Below the pieces are notes generated by a model, which made no database searches, had not been told where the DNA came from, and worked only from the letters and a program-made list of their open reading frames with translations. The position numbers and the translations under genes are program-made. DNA of 64,000 bases, from positions 15,795,028 to 15,859,027 of the forward strand of contig CM082576.2 of the NCBI GenBank assembly GCA_040954595.2, in the 5' to 3' direction. Origin of the DNA: Balanoglossus misakiensis (lineage: Eukaryota > Animalia > Hemichordata). Shown here piece after piece: positions 51,301 through 63,836 of the stretch. Every line of letters starts with the position of its first letter. The first letter of the stretch is position 1.

Positions 51301-54300
51301 GTATTGAGCACATAATGGAGTGTTACACAAGACCTCATGGGTGCATACCTAATTGCAGGCGAACCAATAGGGCTAGGGGTCTGGTTTTTTGTTGGATCTG
51401 GACTAGTATGGGGTCCAATTTTTTTGCCCAAATTTGGGGTGACCTCAGGTGACCTTTGACCTACTTTCCCATGTCTCGGTATCCCCAGCAGATACAGCCG
51501 TGGAATTTGCTGGTCACCATGGGAACCGCTTGTGCCCCCCCAACGCTGCTTGCAGCTTTAATTCTTCTTTATTCTTCTTCTTCTTCTTCCCCAAAATTCG
51601 GCCAGGTAGATCTGGAAAACCGCAGCACCTAGGGGGCTGAAACTTCGTAGGGTGATAGGGGCCAATGAGTAGACGTGCAGTGGCTCGTGAATATTTAATT
51701 AGTCACGTGACCTGGCGGCCATATTGGATTTCCTGAAAATCGTTAAACGAGTCCTTCTCAAAAACTACTGGGCCGATCGAGTTCAAATTTGGTGTGCAGG
51801 TAGCCTACCTTCCGTCCATCATTTTACCCAATTGAAATCATGACGTCACACATACCGTTTTTTTGCTACAATTGTTTTTCTGAAAAACTACTTAAAACTT
51901 TAAAAATCTTCTTCTCCAGAACCAGCGATTGCCGAGTCACGGGATTCGGGGTATGTGGTCACCTAACCTATGTCTATCAATTTTGCGAAGCGCACTGTGA
52001 TTGGTCGATCATTATGGCGGCCATGTTGGATTTTCGGAAAACCATTGAAAAATGAAAATTCTGTTTTGTAGCCAAAATGTTGACAGCACGGAAATTCTTT
52101 TTTTGGATATGAGTCATCATATGACCGGAAGTTGTCACAATTTTTCGGGGCAATTTTCACATGACCTTTGACCCAGTTTTAAAACAACTAATTATATATG
52201 CATATTCCCCATACCTCCTCTTGTCAAAGCACCACAGTCATGAATTTTGTGGACATGGGTACCAATGCTGCCAGGACATGACACAAATATTTTTGTAATT
52301 TTGGCAATGACCCTTGACCTATTTCTGAAACATCATTTTTCTGCATATCTAATTCCAGGCTAACCAATAGGGCTAGAGGTCTGGTTTTAGTTGGACATGG
52401 GCCACTCTGGGGTCAAAATTTGATGCCCTAATTTTGGGTGACCTTGGGTGACCTTTGATCTACTTTCCCATATCTCAGCATCCAGAGCAGTTAGAGCCCT
52501 GGCTTTTATGGGTATTGAGCACATAATGGAGTCTTACACAAGACCTCATTAATTATGTGCATACCTAATTGCAGGTGAACCAATAGGGCTAGGGGTCTGG
52601 TTTTTTGTTGGATCTAGACTAGTATGGGGTCCAATTTTTTTGCCCAAATTTGGGGTGACCTCAGGTGACCTTTGACCTACTTTCACATATCTTGGTATCT
52701 CCAGCAGATACAGCCGTGGCATTTGCTGGTCACCATGGGAACCGCTTGTGCCCCCCCAACGCTGCTTGCAGCTTTAATTTGTTTTTGTTTTTTTGGGGGG
52801 TTGGGGGTTGGCGTGACTCACAGTCCCTCGGGTTTCAGACGTATGCTGTTGCCCTTATGGCCAGTCAACATGTGTATACTGTTCCTTTGGATCTATCTTC
52901 AGTGTGGAGAAGGGGGGATCTGCTGCATGGGCAACCGCTTATCATAGCTCCTTTACCTTCTCCCCTGGTTTGCACCTTGGAGAATCACTCCAGCTTCGCC
53001 TCACAGCGTTGAACCAACACGGGAAGCAGCAGATACCGGTTATAAGCCGCAGTACTCGACCAGTGTAGAGTGTGGCGGTCGGGACTGCTTCCGACGGTGG
53101 GACAGATCATTGGATTTCATTGGACAGCTACTGTCCGCCTTTAACTGGGCAGCCCCAGTCAATAACGTGCCACAGCTGTCCCATACAGTCTGCCTTCCTC
53201 ATTGGGTGCTTGGGGATTAGGATCAAACCAACAAGTAGACTGTAAAACCTGTTCTAGGCAAGAACTAAAGAAACCCAAAGAACACAGGTGCCCAGTCCTA
53301 AAACTGGGAAGCTGGAATGTCCGAACGATGACACCCGGACTGTCCGAAGTGATGCGAGAAAAACAGCTGTCATAAACAACGAGCTGCTGAGATCACAGGT
53401 GGACATAGCAGCTTTACGGGAGACCTGCCTCGCTGACAGAGGAACCCTCAGGGAGAAGGAATTAATTTTCTTCTGGCATGGGAGGGGTGCAGAGGATCGA
53501 ATAGAGCATGGAGATGGATTTGCTGTTAGGAACGCCTTGCTGAGTATGGTCGAACCAGGCGATAAGGGATCTGAACGCCTGAAGACACTCTGCCTCCACA
53601 TCTCCGAGGGTTTTGTCACTCTCGTTACCACCTACGAGTTTTACATTAACACCACCAACATTGTGAAGCACACACCCCCAAGGAACATGTCATCATCCCG
53701 GGAGACTTCAACGCTCGAGTGAACTGGGTGCCGACCATGACTCCTGGCCTTCCTGTCTTGGACATTTTGGAATTGGTAAGATCAGTGACAACGGGCAGCG
53801 CCTGCTAGAGTTTTGCTCCTACACCAGTCTCTGTGTGAACAACTCCTTTTTCTCGACCAAGCCACAAATCAGGGTGTCATGGTCTCAACCCCGCTCAAAG
53901 CACCGGCATCCACTGGACACGATCCTGACCCGTCGTAGTAACATAAACCTTGTGAAGATTACCCGCACTTACCACAGCGCAGGCTGCGACTCTGACCACT
54001 CTCTCGTCTGCTGCATGATCAGGTTACAACCTAAAAAGCTTCGCAACACAAAGCAGAAAGGCAAATCTCGTATCAACAACAAGGATATGCATCTCTCTGA
54101 GAAAGTAGAAGAAGTTGGCCAAGTCCCTTGGTCCCTTGAAAAACCTCTTTCTGTCGAACACCATCACTGCTCTGCAGCTGATTACTGGAGCCACCTCCGG
54201 GAGACCTTTCAAAAGCAGATTTTGCAACCTTTGGGAAAAAACTCCAAGAACAATGACTGGTTTGATATACTAAGTTCAGTGTGATGTCCCCTGTCATTAA

Positions 54301-56170
54301 TGCATAGCGGGATGCCCTTGCTGAATACAAGCGCTTTCCCAGTGAGAAAAACCTGCAAGCACTCAAAGCAGCAAGAACCTAGCAAAGTGCAAATGTCTGC
54401 AAGACGTTGGGCAAATGAATACTGGCAATACCTCAGCGAGTCCGTCCAGTTTGCAGATGTTTCGAGTAACATCAGAGGAATGTATGAGGGCATCAAGACA
54501 GCTCTAGGCCCAACACAGAGCAAAACAGCACCCCTCCCATCAAGACTACCAGTGGGGAAGTGTGATCACCGACAAGGGCAAGCAGATGGACAGGTGGGTG
54601 AAGCACTACTCTGAGCTCTACTCCAGAGAGAACATCGTTGCTGCCTCAGCCCTGGATGCCATCGAGCCACTGCCCATCATTGAGGAACTAGATGCTGAAC
54701 CAACCAATGTCGAACTCTGTAAAGCAATCGACAGCCTAGCAAAGCACCCGGCAATGATGGCATTCCCCTGATCTCATCAAGTGATGTACTGCAGCCACTC
54801 AATGACTTCCTTTGCCAGTGTTGGAGATAGGGAGCCGTGTCGCAAGACATGAGAGATGCCAAGATTGTCACCTTATACAAAAATAAGGGTGAAAAGAGTG
54901 ATTGTAACAGCTACAGAGGCATCTCGCTCTTGAGTATTGTTGGGAAACGCTACAGAAACTTGCTGACCGTGTCTACCCTGAGTCTCAGTGTGGCTTCTGA
55001 ACAGACCGCACTACAGTGGACATGATATTCTCCCTCCGTCAACTTCAGGATAAATGCACAGAATGCAACGATCCAGTATGAGGGCAGCATGTCCCACCCT
55101 TTCGACATCAAAACACGCTATTAAATCATCAACAGAAGGAGTGTACCTCCGCACAAGATCTGACGGTCGACTTTTCAACCTGGCTCGTCTAAAAGCAAAA
55201 AGCGAAGTTACTGTGAAAACCATCAGGAACATGCTTTTTGCTGATGATGCTGTTCTCCCAGGCCTGCAAAGACTGACTATGAGCCTAACAAAACAATGTC
55301 CTCAGTCAGGATATATGGACTCCACCAGCCATCTATATTGACGATTACCAACTTGAAGTCATACACCAGTTCACATACCTGGGATCCACCATCAGCGACA
55401 ACGTGTTCCTAGACGCTGAGATCAACAAACACATCTGCAAAGCTGCCTCGACCCTAGGATGCCTCATCATCCGCGCCTGAGAAAACCAAAAGCTGACAAC
55501 GTCAACCAAAATGGCAGTGTACAATGCGTGAATCGGCAGCACTCTCTTTTATGGCAGTGAAACATGGACGACCTATACTGGAAACACGAGCGCAAACTGA
55601 CCAGCTTCCATCAGCGCTGCCTTCGCTGCATGATTGGCATCCACTGGAGCAACAAAATTAACATCCCCCAGGTTCTCGAGCACATAGGTCTTACTACCAT
55701 ATTCACTCTGCTCAGGCAACGTAGAGTTCGGTGGCTCGGCCATGTGCGAAGGGTGGAGGAAGGACGCATACCCAAAGACATCCTATACGGTGAACTCGCC
55801 TCCGGCAAGAGAAGCGTTGGTCGCCCCAATTGCTCTACAAAGATGTCTGCAAGCATGACATGAAAGCCCTGGACATCAACACGGAGAATAAGGAAGAGGT
55901 AGCAGCCGACCGCAGCAAATAGCGCAATGTTCTTTACAAGCAGCTGTAGTCTGGAGAGGATAAAAATCTTGACCACAGCCAGTGAAGAGAACCAGGCGGA
56001 AGGCACGCAGCCTAGGTGCTACTCCAACAAGCCACATCTGCAGCAAGTGCGGCCGAGATTGCCACTCTCGCATCGGACTCATGAGCCACAGCCGTCGGTG
56101 TCGTAACATAATGACTTTCCCTGGCGCAAGATCTATAGTCGGTACCAATTGAGGGAGGCCCACTACTATA
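45372..56170 (+). mobile_element. Degenerate RTE (BovB-type) LINE, antisense to the host gene, interrupted by the HINE stack
   Basis: 5' UTR-like segment (ggcagctcatctatgagaaggaaactctgatcccaaacctcc) at about 45470-45510, resuming after 52780; APE endonuclease fragments (DIAALRET, GDFNAR, CDSDH); RT fragments (YKNKGEKSDCNSYRGISLLSI, LFADD, FTYLGS, RWLGHVRR..RIPKDILYGEL); C-terminal CSKCGRDCHSRIGLMSHSRRC; many frameshifts, stops and deletions. Confidence 0.9.
45561..52779 (+). mobile_element. Stack of five Helentron-type (HINE-like) element bodies with four heads
   Basis: Heads: type A x3 (45561-45611, 45617-45667, 45673-45723) and type B x1 (45730-45777). Bodies, each starting with a TTC/TTA microsatellite and ending subTIR plus GCTGCttGCAGCTTTAAT: B 45781-47460, B 47461-49145, A 49146-50366, A 50367-51563, A 51564-52779. 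Internal subrepeats include AAAATCTTCTTCTCCAGAACC and TGACCTTTGACC. Confidence 0.85.
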
Positions 56171-56305
56171 AGTACAGTGCAGGCATGGTTACCACACTCC
56201 ATAGCCTTACGTGTAGAATTATGATAAAACAGTTTTTGCAAACATGAACTAGAGGGCAAGGAATGTACAGCACAGATGGAAATAGAGTACTGTGTTCGGT
56301 GTTTA

Positions 56306-56566
56306 GGCCAAATAAAAAATATGCTATTCTGATTACATGGCTTTCAAAATGAGGGTATGTAGGAAGGGATTTTTTTTTTTTTTTTTTTTTTGCATTTTTG
56401 ATATATATTTGGTCGCCGTAGTGTAGGAGAATGATGTCATAGTTCTTGCGTGATTCCCGCAATTTTCATAAATTTCGTATATTTGACATCGTTATTTTTA
56501 CTTCCGGTTTAGGAAGCTCTAAAAAGTTAAGTTAATCGGAACAGCATATATTTTTTTTATTTGGCC
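56306..56566. mobile_element. PIF/Harbinger-type MITE
   Basis: TIR GGCCAAATAAAAAA..TATGCT / AGCATA..TTTTTTATTTGGCC with TTA on both sides. Confidence 0.78.
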
Positions 56567-57177
56567 TTAGGGGGGGGGGAAGTCGTATTGAACCATGTTC
56601 CCAAGAAGCGGGTACACGCTTGGTACTCCATCTGGATATGAAGCAGAATGTAGGTATCGGAAAATAATAGTTAGAACAGCCAGGAGGTTAGTGAAAAATT
56701 CTTACAGTAGACATACATACCATGCCGCCGGAAGCGCCGTGGTCGCCATGTTCATCTTTGATGTCACGCAAAACCCAAATATCTGCAGGACCTTTGCATG
56801 GTAAAACATTTGAAAAGGGCTAAGTAGTATGTTTGCGAAATAACGTTGCTGACCGATCTGTATTGTGGACGATGCCAGTATCAGAATACAATTATCATGT
56901 AGTGATTACAACACTTTTCTGCCTGAAATATCGACACGGGATACGCCAAATATGATTGCATGGGTTTGATTTTATGTATATGTAGCAAATGCATGTACTG
57001 CCAAATCAGAGGTCGTTGTCCATGAATGATGCTGTGAACTGGAACTTTATGTAAGGGCACACAATTTTTTTTCTCCACTTTTGCTCAGGTTTCTCTCAGA
57101 CTATAGACTAAAGCTTGTCTTGTTATTTTTGACTGTCATCAGCTAAACTTGTGTCACCTTTAACGCGTGAAACGTAC

Positions 57178-57293
57178 CTGATTCAGGTTGTCTCTCTGCT
57201 CTTTTTTCTCTTTCTTGGCTATGCTTTCCGCCTCTTTTGTCCTGTTCGCTGCCACTGTACATTGAATTCCAAAAACCGTCCATCTTATGTAAG
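57178..57293 (-). CDS. Candidate start-codon exon of the RNF213-like gene
   Basis: MDGFWNSMYSGSEQDKRGGKHSQEREKRAERQPES followed by a CAG|gtacgt donor; low-complexity like RNF213 N-termini, but no motif support. Confidence 0.35.
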
Positions 57294-58659
57294 AAAAGAG
57301 ATGAAAGGGGATATTCGGATGAGGGAGTTTCCAGTAAACTCAGTGAGGGATGGGAGGGACGAGTCTGGAGTATGTGAACAAATAAAATGTAGCGCCCGGG
57401 GACACTTTGCCCCTTCCCTGCAAAGTCCAAATTTATATATCGAAGTCCATATTTTAGACTGACATGTATGAAGCCCATTTACATGAGCTGGGACCCAGTA
57501 GAAATACTCTTGCCAACATATATTGCTCTTCTGTACGGTAAAACCATTCAGTTGAAAAAAAATTGTAAGAATATGAGGACCAAACTAAAAAATCGCGTCA
57601 AGGACACGGTGGTACCATTTAGGGATTAACAAGAAAAAAGTCTACACCGGAGTACATATACAGACACACACACACACACATAGAGAGATCAAGAGGCAAA
57701 CACTGACTGACCAATAAGCTGCCAATGGCATTGCACTGTACATACACTAAATAGAACAGCTGGTCTCTATAAAAGTTACCCAGTTATGTAATCATGCAGG
57801 AATTTAAACCGAATTAGCTGTGTATACAAATATCAGTAGGGGTTCCTCTTTTATTACAAAGAATGTACTGGTAATTACTCTTCTTGAGATGAAATTTTTG
57901 TGGTATAAGACAAAATATCGTACAAAATATAAAAGTTCCGAATCACCTATGATTTGATTCCATTACAATTCTAAAAAAGGCAATCCCATTAACATACAAC
58001 TCAAATTTTAAAGTAATCGGTTGAACAGGTGTTAAGCCTGTGTGTCGCTTTGAAGCCAAGGATGCGGGAGTTGACTGATCGTGGAAGAAGCCATTGAATG
58101 ACAGTTTGTTACGCGCAGAAAAATGCGCAGAACTTAAAAACTGTTCTCAGAGGGTAATGTCATCTGACTGCGCGCGTATCCCCGGCCCGTAGCCCCTACC
58201 TACGGGCCACAGACTCTGTCAACCATGTAATATCACGTTTTTTACTATGTCACGTGGTACGGTCTCAGTCAATCAAGAGTACGGAATACAGCGTGAGGTG
58301 TAATAAACAGTAATATGTTTAAAGTATTATAGCAAACTGTTTCTAAGACTAACATATCATTCACATTCACTACTCGATAAACATAAGCTTGAAATAATCC
58401 TGGATATGCTATTAATTCTGTCTATCAAGATAGCACTTATTTGGGACAAAATGGCCAAATAATTAAATAAATTTCAGTACAGTCAAAAGTTCCTGAAATT
58501 TTCGAAAAAAATGTTCAATATTGCAATGAAATATGAAAATGTAATGTCTCAGTTGACTAAATTTGCTTTACATGTGTTCTAGTAGATGAAATCATGGTAA
58601 ATGTTTATGAGGTTTCAAGGTGTGAAATGCAACGTGAGCATTGTATATGTATTTTTATT

Positions 58660-59830
58660 ATATTCATAGACCCGGTTATTACCAGAATGTGACGTCACAC
58701 TATAGTAATAAGAAATCAACAGATTGCATATTACTGTAGTACGACGTCACTGCCAAAAATTCTGCCGGAACTACTTTCAGTTTGTAAACAAATAAAAATA
58801 CTATCCTACGATGTTATTTTGAAGTGTGGGAAAAATGGGGTTACAAATAATAAAGCACATGTGAAGTATCGTTTAATGATGTTTTATTAGTTTGCTCGAT
58901 GTATTGAAACTGTGGCGGGGAAAGTTTGACGACTGTCGTCTGCGCTTCAAAATTTTTGCTCGATCAAATATGTCAGCGACAGAGCGGCACATATGATAGC
59001 TATGTCGTCGAACGACATTGATGATTTTCTAAAGAGCCAAAGAAAGCAGAACATTGTAAAATCGACCACAAACGCGGTGAAACAACTTAGGAAATTTCTA
59101 GAGTTGACAGAAGATGGTTCAGTGACAGGTCTACATGAAATTCCGCCTGAAATTCTGGACGTCTACCTGTCGAAATTCTTCATCGCGTCGAGGCAGAGCG
59201 CGCGACGGGTCTGACTACGAGCCGGACACTCTCACATACCAGCGTGGGATCGACAGCACGCTCTTTTGCATTACCGAGCTCAGTCATCCACACCAACTCA
59301 CGTCTGTCGCAGCGTCTCCCTTCCAGCCTACATCATCGGACGGAGGTATCGTAGCGGCTGCAGCTGCGGGAATGTTTTCTGGGGCCACCATGACCGAGTG
59401 TCTCTCGATCAACGGGCAGCCAACGATAAATGTTGCTTGGACCGCGAGTCAGCCAGCGCCGCGATCGTGACCGTGTAAACGTCGAGCCGAAATCGACGAT
59501 ACTAGCGATAGTTCACAGGATTAAGATGTTGACTGTTTGATTTCGTGACTGTTGAATTTGTTGTGAAGCAAGGCATTTTAAAACTAGTCTACAAATACTA
59601 ATTCGACTTGCACGTATGTCCCGTCTCACACAAAATTTATGAATGAGCTGAATCAGCTGAGCTGAGCCTCTTCACCATTTTTCACTATATCCATGCGCAT
59701 CTTGAAATAATTCAAACCCTTCCGAAACCATTACAATCAATTTTATTGCCTATCGGCTCGGAGGGATACGGCCGCTATGGGGGAGTCACTCGTCCCTCGC
59801 TGACGTAATACTCGTTCGAAATACTGGAAG
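58660..59830 (+). mobile_element. Internally deleted Crypton (tyrosine recombinase) transposon remnant; boundaries approximate
   Basis: 58993-59260 encodes, with a frameshift, DIDDFLKSQRKQNIVKSTTNAVKQLRKFL...PEILDVYLSKFFIASR..RDGSDYEPDTL..YQRGID, the core-binding region of Crypton/KCTD1/ZMYM/QRICH1-type proteins; catalytic domain absent. Confidence 0.72.
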
Positions 59831-62740
59831 ATTATATATAAGTATTTCCTACGGTGTCGGCCACATTCCTTTGCAGCACTGCACAAATACTATCAGGAAC
59901 GTCCGTCCAAGACCTCTGCAAGTTAACGCTCGTCCGTGTAAGGTGCCGTCAAGAGACATACGTACCGTTGATAACTTGATCTGCTGATGTAGTTAAAAAT
60001 AGGTGAGGTCTGAACGACTGCCACTTGAACAGGTTGACAAACTGTCAGTTCTACACATGATGGATAGGCCTGTTATGCCTCCCAATCACCTTTGCACCTT
60101 GGCTACACAACTATCTGCATTTGTTTTGCTTAAAACCTTCACAACTCGTATCGCAGTACTTGTCAACATTAACAATGGTTAGGGTTGTAGTTGAGACTAC
60201 CTGTCCCCTGCATTAGTGCGTTTTGTCGAGCTCTTAAATTATGACTACATGTATTTTTGTTAGTGTACACCCGTGTCACAATACGTTAAACGCCCACCAG
60301 GACGTCAACCAAATACGCGAACCGATCAATGTGCATACAACCGCATATCTGAAAATCGATAACATTATTTATCATACATGCAACGCCTGTATTTGGCACT
60401 TTCTTTTGTTCTCGCCCCGAAGATATTTTACGGTATTACACTGAGCGCGATATTTTACGGTATTACACTCCGCGTCTCGAACAATTTTTGAGAACTCGCG
60501 GCACGACAGTTTTTATTCTTCTTCTTTAGGCACGCATTACAATCATTACAGTTTTGTATATGTGACATATCAAGGCCTATAGGTAGGCGGGTGTTTCCTC
60601 TACATCATGCCTGGTAATTGTCTAGCTCATTGTGGAAGTGAATCGTGATGTATTTTATTACCATGAAACCGAACGTTACTGCATTTCTCTGATAGCCTTT
60701 TCCGTTTGCAAACCGAAAGCAGTTGCTTTAATATCGCCTTCCTTATGAATCGAAAATGGCCAGAAAAAATAAACAATCATTTCAAATCACTCACCCTGGA
60801 TTTTCCTATGATGTCTCAATAAAGGCGAACTGCATGGTCAGTCTTGCATGAAATGGCTTTCCCACACACATCACTAACACTTCAACTCCGTGCAATGATC
60901 ACACAGGCACACTGGCAATCAAGCAAAAAGGGACAGATCATAATTTTCGACCAAGGGTGGGTGTGTAGAGCTAACTTGCTTCTGAATGGTCACGTGTTTC
61001 TGAGGGGCCGATTGGGATGGTAGATTTTGCATGAGACCATGTGCCCTTTTTCTCTTTTAAAGTTGTTTGGTAAACAGACAATACTTTGCAAGAATGCATT
61101 TGGTTTCTGGTTGGACTAGAGATGTATTTTTTTTTAGATAAGTTGTACAACAACTCTCCGTGTGAGACGTACAAACGTATGTACCCATTGACAAAACTGA
61201 TTTTAAAATGTTTAAATGTTACGCTAGAAATTATGAACTTCAACACTAAATGAAGAAGTGTAGAGAATGCGAATCCAATTTATGTGATAAGAACTAAATA
61301 AAAGAAACATCGCTCCTATCTATATCTGATGTGTCTTCTGTTTTGAATTCCCCATATCGCATATTTGTATTTAAGCTAATGAGTGTCTTGAATCTAAGAC
61401 TATTGAAGTTTAGTCATACGAGGGGCGGGGGAAAGTTTTTCCCTCCCCGAAAGAAATTAATGAATGCTCCTCTACAAGGAAATAGGAACTTAAAAATGAG
61501 TCGGGTCACGAGACGCAAGCCTTGCAATAAAACATCCCTGCGTGTGACATCTACCAGTCTCATAAAACCTTTGCCCGAAACTGTCCGTTATATTTCTTTC
61601 CTAACTCCAAGGAACTATTACATTGTATTGCATGCATATGTAAGAAAAAGCTTACCTTACGTTCAGTGACCGCACGTGTCTGACCTCAACTTGACCCCGG
61701 ACCAACAGCAACCCTGCTATATTGTTGTTCACTACAGTCAATGTCGAGCATTGTTGACGTTGTTGTTCTTAGTTACGACGCGCCTTCTGAACTGGCAAAG
61801 TGCTCAGCGAGTGGGCGGTAGTACCCGGTATCGTACAAAGGGGTGGCAGCTTTAATATTGATGGACACATCCACATTCTTAATTTAAAAAAACCGTTCGC
61901 ACTCTATTTCAAAATATCCTATTTACAAGTGTTTCGCATCGAGAAATTCCGTTTATTGTAATTGCAACACCCATCTCCACTAAAGTTGTATGCCCGTGAG
62001 TCTCTCGCGGAGGCGCGGTCACCCCTCGTTCATGTCGCTGCGCTGTAGGAGTTGCTCTAAAAAGGCAGCCAGGCTATTATAAAGATGTGTCAACATTTAG
62101 TGATCGTTGGCCTTATGTGACAGAAATTGGCTCGAACATCATAGGACCAAAGTCTGTAGTGTGTGGATTCACCAATAAGTACCTTGCATAGACTTTGTCA
62201 GGTGACACCGTGGTTCGGAGATGTAACACTTAAACGACGCATCGCGAATAAAAAAAACTTAAAAAAAACTGATAAAACAGTTTGTATTTAATTTTAACTA
62301 CTGGTTCATTCTCAAATCTTTCCGTATATACAAATATGACCCAGGATTACCTTGAAGTGATAACCACTTCACCCTAAACAGCAACCCTCTCCTTTACCAA
62401 GAAAGCATTGCATAATCTAACATACATATGCGAACATTAAACATATGTCAATCGACTGACAGCATACGTGATTGTCACTCACAGGGAATTCAAAAGGATT
62501 GTATAACAAATGCCTAACATCTGCATTCCGTAAAGAGTTATACCATAAATGTTAACATTGGTGGCCATAGATATATTCAAGCCCTTTAACGTGTTCTTTT
62601 TTTTTCTGGTGTCAGATCATGCTACCTGTTTTCTATCCCCTTCCGTTATTTTTAAAAAATCCTATGACAGTTATAATGGTCTTGATAATGGAAGAAAAAT
62701 AATAAGAAATGTCTCGATTGATATATTGTTCTGCATACGT

Positions 62741-62910
62741 TCAGATAACTAAGCTTCTTCCTTCTTGTCCTCTACGCGGTCGCTTCCTGCGTACGAACAA
62801 TGCTTTACAGGAAACCACGGTCACGAACACTGCCGCTGCCACAACGGCGGCGATGCTGATATAAAGCCACAAGATATCTCTGGTCGGAGTCGTTTGCGGG
62901 TTGTCCAAAC
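62741..62910 (-). CDS. Transmembrane/cytoplasmic exon of the same neighbouring gene
   Basis: Acceptor ctttcggtag|GT completes a Cys codon with exon 63837-63992; LDNPQTTPTRD-ILWLYISIAAVVAAAVFVTVVSC-KALFVRRKRPRR...stop is a hydrophobic helix plus basic stop-transfer signal. Confidence 0.72.
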
Positions 62911-63231
62911 CTACCGAAAGACGTACACGTGGAGTATTTTTGGTTATGAATACTTTAACTGAATTTAAGGAAATGTTACACAATCATACAATTCATAAGC
63001 CTGCAAAGAAAGGTTTAGTCAAGTTGGTACAATATTTTCTTTAATAATATACCTCGTGCTAATACTGTGTCGTGATTCGCCAGAATCCGTCACGTGATAG
63101 GAAAAAAGAAACGACTGTGAATCCCGAGGGAAGTAGCAGAAAAAATATAAACCGGTCACGTGACCAGCGTGAGTTCACAGACTCGGGTCATGTCAATCAG
63201 CGTCGCGTCGTTGGCGTAAGGTTTATTATAA

Positions 63232-63379
63232 AACACCTATTGCCTGGCCTATATTCAGGCCATAGCAGCCGTTTTTATCCCCTTACGGCCTCGAGAAATA
63301 GCACGTGATCCTGGTAACTCACAGCCCCTCGGGGGTAATAAACGGCTGCTATGGCCCTCATGGCCGGGCAATAGGTGTT
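63232..63379. repeat. Short intronic hairpin/MITE-like inverted repeat
   Basis: aacacctattgcctggcc..ggccatagcagccgttt..cccc pairs with gggg..aaacggctgctatggcc..ggccgggcaataggtgtt. Confidence 0.75.
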
Positions 63380-63836
63380 CAATATTAACATATGTGTGTG
63401 ATAAGATACCCATACACTGGAATGCACAACTGTCAAATATCTTCAGAGGAGACTCGGTTAAATACCATAAGAAAGGGTTGTACAAAACAAGATGAAAGTG
63501 GAATATGTGATAAGTTTAACAACAAATGTCACTTCTATGCAGTTTAATACGACGAGCCATGTGTTGTTTGTCCCATGAGAATGCCCCCCCCCCGAATAAA
63601 CTGCCCAGCCACACTGATCTCGCAAGCGTCTGGGAGTTGACCAAATAGTCTATTTAATTCTATTAAACTTCAAATCTTTTTCGATACAAAATATCAGAAT
63701 TGTGGCCTCATAACAATCAATCATGTTAAACAGTGAAATTGTAAAAAACTATTTTAAGACTATTTTCAAATCGCCACAAATTGAAGTAGTTCCAATCGTG
63801 TTGTACAGGCGATTAGCATAGTTTACGTTCACTTAC

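Noticed and set aside
45971-52160. Repeated short ORFs (MQISDLRNYK.., MTFDLLSH..) as a gene family
   Set aside because: They recur only because the HINE bodies are repeated; no coding signature.
53288-55863. Reverse transcriptase as part of a novel RT system
   Set aside because: It is an ordinary, heavily disrupted RTE-clade LINE with APE, RT and C-terminal zinc finger.
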